Positions 40,204 to 51,100 of a DNA stretch of 64,000 bases are shown one piece after another. Position 1 is the stretch's first letter; each line of letters opens with the position of its first letter. The position numbers and the translations under genes were made by a program. The stretch is from the NCBI RefSeq assembly GCF_964355755.1, contig NC_092677.1:14096101-14160100 (forward strand), read 5' to 3'. This DNA is from Antedon mediterranea (Eukaryota; Animalia; Echinodermata). Below the pieces are notes generated by a model. It saw only the letters and a list, made by a program, of their open reading frames with translations. It did not search any database and was not told where the DNA came from.

Positions 40204-40330
40204 AGCTCTGTCTACACTATCAAACCAGTTTAAAAAAAATTGTGATATGCCCAAATATGGTAGTTTAATGGCGTCGTCGTGTCCATATATGGAAACATCA
40301 CATGAAGTTTGATATAGTGTAGACAGAGCT
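40204..40330. mobile_element. Harbinger/Tourist-type MITE family A, intact copy
   Basis: TTA|AGCTCTGTCTACACTAT ... ATAGTGTAGACAGAGCT|TTA: 17-bp perfect TIR and 3-bp TWA TSD. Confidence 0.85.
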
Positions 40331-40407
40331 TTACACGCACACGTCGCACTACATCAGTCTCATTGTCATTATTAGTCCTAAACGTATATTTTTCTTTCTT
40401 TCTTTAG

Positions 40408-40654
40408 CTATTATTTCAATTTGACATGTTTAACCTTAGAGTACCTCATAGTTGTGAAGATAATTCTATCACTCTGTATGAACGTTTGAGCAGTGATTCT
40501 ATCAAAGAATCTCCAAATCTGCAAAGAGTGCGATACTGTAGTACGTCGGCCCCTTATGTAGCAATGATAACGAGTAAAGCGTTCGTTAGATTTAAAGCGA
40601 ATGGAAACGGTAGAAGAAGTTCGTTCAGGATTATTTATTCAACTTATAGAGATG
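40408..40654 (+). CDS. NETO: Neto exon 7 (CUB2 C-half)
   Basis: LLFQFDMFNLRVPHSCEDN...RYCSTSA...AFVRF...SSFRIIYSTYRD; canonical splice sites. Confidence 0.92.
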
Positions 40655-40995
40655 GTAAGATTTATGTTTCTATATCAGGTTGTAAAGATCAAGAAATATT
40701 TCAGCTTTGCGACGATTTGCGCATGCGAGGAATATTTGAAGACGATGACGACATTAGCTCACCTGAACTAAATTGTCTCTGATTCATTTTACCTCTCTCC
40801 ACCCGGCTAGATCAAACACAAAGTTGTGATGCATTACGGGAGTATGTTTCCATACGTGTTTGATCATAAAAAATGACTGGGGTAATAATGTGAAGTGTTG
40901 TGCAGTAGGCGCTATATAAGAACGAATATTATTATTTTTATTTTTTTTCCATGATTCGTCGAAATAATGACGTAACATATACACCTCTTTTTCAG

Positions 40996-41112
40996 GTCCT
41001 TGTAATGAAACAATAAATTTCTCATGTAATGATGAGATTTGTATAGATAAACACCTTGTATGTAATGGAATTGTAGACTGCCACAAATTATCATTAGATG
41101 AACAGGATTGCG
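40996..41112 (+). CDS. NETO: Neto exon 8 (LDL-receptor class A module)
   Basis: CNETINFSCNDEICIDKHLVCNGIVDCHKLSLDEQDC: six Cys and the DE motif. Confidence 0.95.
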
Positions 41113-41226
41113 GTAAGCTATCTCTCTTCTTTTTTTTATCTAATGCATGTTTGTTTATTTCCCATACGATGTGTTACTTGTGTAAATTGTGTTTCATTTC
41201 AATTCTCTATTTCTTTAAACCAACAG

Positions 41227-41705
41227 ATATAATTGAAAACAAAAACTTTTTTGACAAAGTTGACACAATGCTTGGGTGCATGATAGGTGTCATCAGTGTC
41301 GTAATCATTGTGACTTTATGTTTCGTCTGTCGTCATTCCATCCATAAAACAAAGAAAAAAGCCATAGTAAGAGAGAAAGAACGAAAAATAAGCGAACAAA
41401 ACTTCCAAAATATAAATTACCTAATGGACACGAACGAAGATATTCCAGGAGGAACAAGACATAGACATCATCAGCAAGGAAGAGACTATTTACCTTTGAC
41501 CTTAAATCCCGTATCCAATGGGATACAATCAGTTCAAAGTGCATTCACTTACGAGACTATGAATGGTGACCCTATACCACGTGACAATAAACCAGAGTCG
41601 GTGAAGAAAACACAGTCGAGTAAATCCACAACACATCAAGTGCAATTGCATAGTTGCTATAAGCCACCTGGATATGAAACCTTGGTTTTTGATCCGCCGA
41701 TTTGA
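41227..41705 (+). CDS. NETO: Neto terminal exon (transmembrane helix plus cytoplasmic tail)
   Basis: hydrophobic MLGCMIGVISVVIIVTLCFVC followed by a basic stop-transfer stretch; the full join is in frame (1512 nt with exon 1b, 1551 nt with exon 1a). Confidence 0.92.
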
Positions 41706-43804
41706 AGATTATTTTTAATGTTGATACTTATGCATGGAAGAACAGACATCAATATTGTGCGCCAACTGTAGTGTTTAATCAGGAAAGATTGCCAAAAACT
41801 GAATGAGGCGGCGCACAAAGATAGCGTACCAGGATTTAAACATAATGGTTGCTCTTTTTAAAATTAAACTCAACACGTCACATCACGCCAATCGTGACTG
41901 AAGTATTTTTTCGTCATGATTTAAATAAAGTATACAGCCTTCCACTGAATGGTGGACACATAAGCACATATGGAGGATATGGATATGAGGATATCATTTA
42001 TTAATTCGATTTAAACATAGAGTTCAAGTACGTACTTCTGATAAGCGTGGAATAACGCATAATTTAGAACTATCATTAGAATGTTGTCTGCCATACACAC
42101 GTCATCAATATGCTAAAACAAAATAACAAATTGATGTTTTCGAGAAATCCATTTTGTAGGCTATATAAGATGTCATACCATAATATGCTGAATGCCAAAA
42201 CTAAGCAAATGAATATTCGAATAAAAAGATATGCTCATTGTTAAGCTAGGCCTATCAAGTTGTTAACAATGAGGGGCCTAGCTGAATTTACTAACAGGCC
42301 TTGGAGGTATAGTCTATACCCATTCTGTATAATGACAACGGATATTTCGCAATACACGTACAATAATATCTATTTTGGGGAAATAATTATGGCTTTGTAT
42401 TTAATGGTCACGCGCACCGTGTTCTTATAAATAATAGTTAACTTAAACACTTTAAGGATGTACATAGAAGTTAAGAGTGTACAGTGTATATACTTACAAC
42501 ACGACAGTCAAACGTTTTTATATAAGTAGTTAGGATAAAAAAAACAAAATATATTTTTAGCAGTCAATAATGTTTGTTTCACAGCCTATACCGTAGGTTA
42601 TATGGATTAAATTAATGTTCAACATTCAACACTACGTTTGTGTAAGACGGTAAACTAGCATATCAAACGGTTTTGGCGGCCCTACATGTTTTGTTAACCC
42701 AGTTATTGGGTTTTATGTTTATCAAACATAACTTATCTCTCTGTGGTTATAAAGGCATTATTTGCTGTTGCTTAGACTTTTTTTTTAATCGTCGAAGTTT
42801 TGACCAATGGCAAGCGACAGTTCGAATAATCCATCGGTCGTGATTGGTTAAGACGTTGTGCTTACGTTGGGAACCAAGCAATATTAAGAGGAAGAAATGG
42901 TCGATTAAAACGTTTAAATATACGTGTTTGAGCATGCGCAAACATCGATACTTACATGTCATGTAGATAATAAAATAAAAAAAATACTAAAATTCTGGTT
43001 CATGTTGATTACATTTCTATTTAACACATTACAATTCTATCTAGCTATCATAGGCCAGTGTCATAAATAGTAGGCCGATACAATTGTTACAGTAATACAA
43101 TTATAATTTTGTTTTAATATATTGTTTTTTTAAATGTAAAATGAGGTGTTAATTACATTTTCACATTTCAGATGAAATAGCAAACTAGGAAAAATAGAAG
43201 CTCTAACAAAATATATTGAAACACTGTAATTGTATCTAATTTCAGTGATTATCATAGTGTTCAGTTAATGTGTGAAATGCAAATTAAAAGAACAGTTAAT
43301 TAAAAGATAAGGGATTTTTTTTTTCAATTTAAACAGATTATTTGAATGGTATCAATACAGTAAGGTCTACGCATGTCTCAATGCATTTCGGTAACTTCCT
43401 ACCTCTGTACTCTTACTGAATGTCGTAATCAATAATACCTGTTATATATTGAACAGTGTATGCCATTACAGTATACTTTTTTGTCATGTTACTAGAGATC
43501 AAAGGTCATCTGGTACGTTCCAGTTGTGTGATTCATAAATATTCATGATTATACTACTGTAGGCCTACTATTCTATCTAAGGTTTGTTTTAATGATGGTC
43601 AATAGGCGGCGCACAGTGGGCCAGAATCAATTCAAAGTGTGCCAAAAGTCCAAATTGGTAAATGTTGCAATCCAATTTTTTAAATATTGGATTAGGAAGA
43701 AGACATCTTAAATTATATAAATCCACTAATAATTTTATATTTTGTAAATTTTAATAGTGTCTTGTAACCAATGAAACTGGAAGAAACCATGACATTTTAC
43801 TTAA

Positions 43805-45274
43805 AGATGTATTGTCCCTTGAAACACAAAAAATGAAGAAAAAAAATATTCTAAATTTAAATTGGCCATATCAAAGTAATATTAAAGTTATTCACTTTAA
43901 GTCGAAAATTCGAGCCAAAAACAACAGTTTACGTAATTAACAGGTAAATTAATTAGATTACATTTCGTCTGAGAAATCGTCGCAAGCGAAATTAAACAAA
44001 GATTTCAAACCATGAGTATGCATTATGCATGATGCTAATTAGTCTGGGCTCCAGACGGAGTTTTTTCTTAATATTAGTAAAAATATAAATATTTTTGCAC
44101 ATATGGCGTTTCATACGTGTATTACTTGAGTTTGGAAACTCCGTCTGTGGAAACACGCAAAAGTCACGTGGTTTGACACCAAGAATTCTTGGTGCATAGA
44201 TTATCCGGTTGAATAGGTTCAGCTGCATGCGATTGGCTACTCACTCGTACACTGTTTTAATGTTCATATTTCAGAATTTCAAAGACTCAACAACTAAGAT
44301 GGTACGCATGCGCTATGTAACGTTTAGACAATGTGTACTTGGGTACATTGATGAAAGTTTCTGAAGGCTAGAAAGGATTTTATATGGATCATTTAATCAG
44401 GGAGATGTAATTTACATCTCCCTGATTTAATATTACGCGCGGAGATAATTTGATTTAATTCCCACCCAGACCCTGTCCTGTTCAATTCTGTGTAGTGGTG
44501 TATAGCCCTGTCTGTTGTGTGTGAATCCTGTTGTGTGCCGGTGGTGGTATTATGTAGGCCTACCTTATTGGCGTTTTATTTGGCAGGTCATACTTGCGAG
44601 TTGAGTAGGACCTACGAAGGAGGCCTAGGCTAAGGACTAAACAATTAATAAACAAAACAACTTGGCAACACGATTTCATATTTCAACAGTCTCGATCGTA
44701 CATTCAGCACTGTACGTACTCGATCTTTTTCATTTTTAAACAAAATGATCATTGGTTGATTCGAAATCCATATTTAAATACCGCCCGCCCCATATAGCCA
44801 AATACGGTATGATAACCTACGTCATTCTTATCGGATGTTTGCGGTCTGCAAATCGATTTCTAAACGTGTTTCACAAGTCTGTATTTTCAGACAAAAATCG
44901 CGGTCGAAATAAAAACAAATAAATAAAAAAAAAAACAATACAGACTTGGGGCAAGTCTAGATGCTAATTAGGATTGTTTACAACTCATCACGGTCGAGAA
45001 GGTGTTTTCACACAGATCGCAAGGAAGTTTTATGATTATGCATACAGAGTAGCCAAACAAGCGCATTGCATTATGGGATATGTTTTGATTGAAAACTTTG
45101 ACTGGAAGTCAAAGTTATTTTTTGAACAAAAAAACATCTGTATTTCGGTTAAATTATTATTTTTTTGACTAATTTTTGGTGATACATACTATTATGATAC
45201 TTCAAAATGACCCACTTTTTTTCGAAATTAAAAAAAAAAAATGTTTTGGAATTAGTCAAAGGGACAATACATCT
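43805..45274. mobile_element. Non-autonomous Kolobok-type element nested in the Transib
   Basis: TTAA TSD; AG...CT termini; 16-bp perfect TIR AGATGTATTGTCCCTT; no long ORF. Confidence 0.85.
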
Positions 45275-45944
45275 TTAAAATGAGCAAAAAGAACAGTTTT
45301 GATAAATTCGCTGTTATTTTTTCTAGAAAAAAGCAATGGATTTGATATTGCATGGAATTTTTGTTTGTTTTTAATCATATTAGGAAGTAAAAATAAAATT
45401 TCCATTATTGCTTTATTTTGTGGTTAAAAGTCGCCAAATATAGCCAAAAAATACCAATAAATCGTCTTTTTAAAGTAAAACTACTAAAATAGTTTGAATT
45501 CGCGTCGATTCGCGCGCTAATTTTGACATTAATATTTCGAGCGATGATTGAGCTTTACGTTAATACCAAATTTGGCTGCGACAATTTGCGACATTGCATA
45601 TAGGAAGCGATTTAAATGTCCCTATGCGTGCCGTTTTAAAATAAATGTATAACATTCATTGACACACATTGATGTACCGCAATCGCACGAACTTGACGAA
45701 GAGAAAACCTTTCCACGACGCGTCTGTATTGGAAAATGGAATGCTACCAGTGTGGGAACAAGCAAGTGTAGGTACAGGTAACATGGCCTCCATATCAAAA
45801 TACAACTTTGAAGCTGTCCATTCGGCTGGTTTAGTACCAACCCTGAACTAGCCTGCAATGTATGTTTACGTGAATTGCGTTTACATTACAATGTAAGGAA
45901 GGAATGACGAGAACATACCAAAAGAACTTATGGAGTCTACTAAA

Positions 45945-46565
45945 AATATCAAACCATTTTCTTTATTATTTACGAAGAAGATGGTACAAGTATGGCCGTC
46001 ACAAAGTTCATTTCATCAGCTATTACTATTGGTAGTCGGAGAACCAGAAGAACTTCCCTATGCTGCATCACAAGTCTATAAGCAAAATTGACATTTAAAA
46101 TATGTGCTGAAGTTTGCAATGCTTACACAATCAAGACCAGCTAAAATAAGAAAGGTAATAGGCCTACCCGAAAAAAAAACCAGAACCGATCAAGTTTACA
46201 AGTGAAGAAGCTTTGTCACTTTTAGTTGAAACTGATATGACAAAACAGTCATACCAAACAGGTTGGCTGCAAAAGGCAAACATACAGATATTTACCCACC
46301 TGATAACAACTTGAGTGAGGCTAAGCATAAATGCTACCCAAACAATATAACGGTTAAAGAAGATTTGGCAAGAGTACCCCTTCAAAGCTTGCTGGACAAA
46401 ACTGTACTTCGAATTGTTCAGGAAAGAAAAGAAGAAATTACAGAAGTAGGCCTAGTTGAAAATTTAGAAAGATACTTCCTCGCGATTTTGCCGACCTTAT
46501 AGGCCTACACCTGCAATTCAAGAAAGAAACGACTCAACTCTTACAGGTAGAGAATGAATTTAAAA
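45945..46565 (+). pseudogene. Transib transposase remnant (frameshifts, stops, catalytic core deleted)
   Basis: across frames: SRPAKIRK, FTSEEALSLLVETDMTKQSYQ, DIYPPDNNLSEAKHKCYPNNITV...VPLQSLLDKTVLRI, SSRFCRP/I..HLQFKKET. Confidence 0.88.
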
Positions 46566-47557
46566 ATACTTCCATTAAATTCTACGGTTCTGAAAACCTT
46601 TTAGATCCATTAAAAATTAACGTAGTCAGTATTTATTCATGCGTATAGACTTTTGGCACACTTTGAACCAATTCTGGCCCACTGTGCGGCGGTCTATATC
46701 CGGTTTTTAAACTATTTAATAATTTTGGTAAAATAGCTCGCCACATTTTCCCAGTACTGTTAATTTTCAACTATTATGCTTAATTACCTATAAACACCTT
46801 AAGGGTCAGGTATAATGCTCATGCATAATATGTCATGTAATTCTGTATTTTGTTTTAAGTTCAACCTTATCGGTAAGGTTACACTGTTGCTCTTCGTGTA
46901 CTGGAAAGCGATGCCCCTCAGATTAAACTTGATATCAGATATCTATTCTTAACTATTGAAAATGCTGGTACTGATGATGTCTTTGTGAACTTGTATAAAT
47001 CCAGGGAAAGATTATATTGGAAGCCACTAAATCATCGCATGGCATAATGACTGAATTTTTGTACCATTCTGCAATAATTCTGCTTATTTTTTAGACTGTG
47101 ATTTAGTTTTGTTTTCTCAATAATTTTGTCTACTGTAATGCATTATTGTTCGAAATTAATTTGTTAAAAATGTGTTCGTTTCACCTAATAATACTATCAG
47201 TTGCCACATTCGTAAACGTTGTTGAAAGTACGGAATGCCAAGTGGATCTACAGTTATTATTTGGTAAAAGTTTCGGTAAGTATGGAATGCCATTGGACAA
47301 CAATTACTATTTGGTAAACAGTTAGGCAAGTATGGAATGCAAAATGTGTCTACCAATTAATCGTATGTGGTATACAGATTTCAAATACACCCACAGCTTA
47401 TGTATGTACGTCTTGTCTGTTTTAATTTAAGTTTCATAAATACGAATCTAACCCAATCATGTTTCTGAAAACGCGTCAACCTTGTCTCTCATACATGAAA
47501 AACGCGTCAACATTCTCTATTGTATTTTTTTTCCACTTTTTTTTTCTTGTTTGAAAG

Positions 47558-47718
47558 GTTCGTTTACCAGCATGTCTGACGATGCAACAGGGAAGCTACC
47601 AGCCGGTCTTCTCGTTGGTAACTGGGTTGCACTTGGACACTTCGACGAATGTCAGTCCATTTCTGAATTTAAGTTTTGCTTAGCAGACTTACACGTGTCT
47701 GTAAATGATTCTGAATCG
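47558..47718 (+). CDS. NRF-6 / O-acyltransferase-like (OACYL) N-terminal NRF-domain exon, possibly a pseudogene fragment
   Basis: DATGKLPAGLLVGNWVALGHFDECQSI...FCL matches the NRF motif DxxGKxPxGxLxGNxxxLGxFDEC; polypyrimidine acceptor and GTAAGT donor. Confidence 0.7.
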
Positions 47719-47971
47719 GTAAGTTCATTGTAAAATTATCTTAATTTCTAAGAATAATAAACTTCAATTGTGAAGTTTAATGGTATTTCACTTTTAGAAT
47801 ACCCAAAGTAAAGCAAAGGTTAATTTAACATTAAAAACGTATTTATTTACACAATGAAGTAATCGGACACCGGTACTGCATGAATATATTAAGTAATCAA
47901 CATTACGACATTGGTTACTCGTCTGATATGTTTGAGAACAGTCAATGAAGAAAAAGTTCTCTCCCAAATCT

Positions 47972-48169
47972 AACAAGGCGAACAGCCATAAGTCGCGTGC
48001 TCTCAGAAAAAATATACTTTCAAAAAGTAATGTACTTTAAAACTTTTCTGTACATCAAAACAGTTCAAAAAGTACAGAAAAGCGATAAAACGCATAGTGA
48101 TACCGGACCGACAGACAGACCGACCGACCGACATAGTGAACTATATAGTCGCATCCACGCGACTAAAAA
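47972..48169 (-). mobile_element. DINE-1/Helentron-associated (HINE-like) non-autonomous element
   Basis: subterminal IRs AGTCGCGTG (47991) / CACGCGACT (48156), partial IR beside one end, (GACC/GACA)n microsatellite, small ggc-gaaca-gcc hairpin, T-rich boundaries on the minus strand. Confidence 0.7.
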
Positions 48170-51100
48170 TATACTATAAAAATGTATTACTTATTTTATT
48201 TAAAAAATCACGAGTCTCCTCTCCTTAATTGCAAACACAAAAAACGATCTGAGCATGTGCAACGGTATATAAAAGCACTCAGATAATGTACAGAGGGCAG
48301 ATAAAGATATAAGCAGTGAGTTAGGCAGATCATAAGTCAGCTCTCCTTAATTGCCTAAGTCACACAGCTGACTTAGGCAGAAACACACAAAAACGATCTG
48401 AGCATGTGCAAATGTATATAAAAGCACTCAGATAATGTACAAAGGGCAGTATAAAGATATAAGCAGTGAGTTAGGCAGATCATAAGTCAGCTCTCCTTAA
48501 TTGCCTAAGTCACACAGCTGACTTAGGTAGAAACACAAAAAATATAGTATATTGATATAAGCAGTGAGTTAGGCAGAAAAACAAACAAAAAATTATTACT
48601 TAGACACTTTTGTTATGAGGCTGTCGATATCATCTATATAAAAAAAATTCTACCTTTAAGTAACAAAATTTAATAGCATCAGCTCTTCAGATTAAAATTA
48701 ACACTGATAATTTTAGAAAAGGAAAGTATCAATAAAAGAGAAAGAATTTGTAACAAATGGGTTAAAAAATATACTATAAAAATGTATTTCTTATTTTATT
48801 TAAAAAATCATGAGTCTCCTCTCCTTAATTGCCTAAGTTACACAGCTGATTTAGGCAGAAACACACCAAAACGATCTGAGCATGTGCAAATGTATATAAA
48901 AACACTCAGATAATGTACAAAGGGCAGTATAAAGATATAAGCAGTGAGTTAGGCAGATCATAAGTCAGCTCTCCTTAATTGCCTAAGTCACACAGCTGAC
49001 TTAGGCAGAAACACACAAAAATATAGTATATTGATATAAGAAGTGAGTTAGGCAGAAAAACAAAAACAAAAATTATGACTTAGACACTTTTGTTATGAGG
49101 CTGTCGATATCATCTACATACAAAAAATGCTACCTTTAAGTAACATAATTTAATAGCATATTCAGCTCTTCAGATTAAAATTAACACTGCTGATTTTAGA
49201 AAAGGAAAGTAGCAATAAAAGAGAAAGAATTTGTAACTAATGGGTTAAAAAATATACTATAAAAATGTATTTTTTATTTTATTTAAAAAATCATGAGTCT
49301 CCTCTCCTTAATTGCCTAAGTCACACAGCTGACTTAGGCAGAAACACAAAAAAACGATCTGAGCATGTGCAAATGTATATAAAAGCACTCAGATAATGTA
49401 CAGAGGGCAGTATAAAGATATAAGCAGTGAGTTAGGCAGATCATAAGTCAGCTCTCCTTAATTGCCTAAGTCACACAGCGGACTTAGGCAGAAACACACA
49501 AAAACGATCTGAGCATGTGCAAATGTATATAAAAGCACTCAGATAATGCACAGAGGGCAGTATAAAGATATAAGCAGTGAGTTAGGCAGATCATAAGTCA
49601 GCTCTCCTTAATTGCCTAAGTTACACAGCTGACTTAGGCAGAAACACAAAAAAACGATCTGAGCATGTGCAAATGTACATAAAAGCACTCAGATAATGTA
49701 CAGAGGGCAGTATAAAGATATAAGCAGTGAGTTAGGCAGATCATAAGTCAGCTCTTCTTAATTGCCTAAGTCACACAGCTGACTTAGGCAGAAACACAAA
49801 CAAATATAGTATATTGATATAAGCAGTGAGTTAGGCAGAAAAACAAAACAAAAATTATGACTTAGACACTTTTGTTATGAGGCTGTCGATATCATCTATA
49901 TACAAAAAAATGCTACCTTTAAGTAACAAAATTTAATAGCATCAGCTCTTCAGATTAAAATTAACACTGATGATTTTAGAAAAGGAAAGTAGCAATAAAA
50001 GAGAAAGAATTTGTAACAAATGGGTTAAAAAATATACTATAAAAATGTATTTCTCAGTTTATTTAAAAAATAATGAGTCTCCTCTCCTTAATTGCCTAAG
50101 TCACACAGCTGACTTAGGCAGAAACACAAAAAAACGATCTGAGCATGTGCAAATGTATATAAAAGCACTCAGATAATGTACAGAGGGCAGTATAAAGATA
50201 TAAGCAGTGAGTTAGGCAGATCATAAGTCAGCTCTCCTTAATTGCCTAAGTCACACAGCGGACTTATGCAGAAACACACAAAAACGATCTGAGCATGTGC
50301 AAATGTATATAAAAGCACTCAGATAATGTACAGAGGGCAGATAAAGATATAAGCAGTGAGTTAGGCAGATCATAAGTCAGCTCTCCTTAATTGCCTAAGT
50401 CACACAGCTGACTTAGGTAGAAACACAAAAAATATAGTATATTGATATAAGCAGTGAGTTAGGCAGATCATAAGTCAGCTCTCCTTAATTGCCTAAGTCA
50501 CACAGCTGACTTAGGCAGAAACACAAAAAAATATAGTATATTGATATAAGCAGTGAGTCAGGCAGAAACACAAAATTATGACTTAGACACTTTTGTTATG
50601 AGGCTGTCGATATCATCTATATACAAAAAATTCTACCTTTAAGTAAGAAAATTTATTAGCATCAGCTCTTCAGATTAAAAATAACACTGATGATTTTAGA
50701 AAAGGAAAGTAGCAATAAAAGAGAAAGAATTTGCAACAAATGGGTTAAAAAATATACTATAAAAATGTATTTCTTATTTCATTTAAAAAATCATGAGTCT
50801 CCTCTCCTTAATTGCCTAAGTAACACAGCTGACTTAGGCAGAAACACACAAAAACGATCTGAGCATCAGCATAAGTCAGCTCTCCTTTATTGCCTAAGTC
50901 ACACAGCTGACTTAGGCAGAAACACAAAAAAATATAGTATATTGATATAAGCAGTGAGTTAAGCAGAAAAACAAAATTATGACTTAGACACTTTTGTTAT
51001 GAGGCTGTCGATATCATCTATATACAAAAAATGCTACCTTTAAGTAACAAAATTTAATAGCATATTCAGCTCTTCAGATTAAAATTAACACTGATGATTT

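Larger units (their letters stand above)
14349..41705 (+). other. NETO: Neuropilin and tolloid-like (Neto) gene span, about 503-516 aa
   Basis: signal peptide-CUB-CUB-LDLa-TM architecture assembled from phase-compatible exons. Confidence 0.85.
43612..46686 (+). mobile_element. Transib transposon, internally deleted and defective, with RSS-like TIRs
   Basis: CGGCG 5-bp TSD on both sides; 39-bp TIRs (36/39 identical) starting CACAGTG; transposase remnants inside. Confidence 0.92.

Noticed and set aside
40655-41226. ORF-track extensions of Neto exons and antisense ORFs 40784-41094
   Set aside because: Read-through into introns past clear GT donors, or antisense shadows of the LDLa exon.
43612-46686. 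ProtoRAG/RAG1L-RAG2L transposon
   Set aside because: Peptide remnants match the Transib-type pattern, the ends are symmetric, and no RAG2-like kelch or PHD sequence was seen.
49905-49996. Possible hammerhead ribozyme in the satellite (CTGATGA...GAAA; tgctac/gtagca pairing)
   Set aside because: Stem I cannot form, stem II lacks the G-C closing pair, and many units have CTGATAA.
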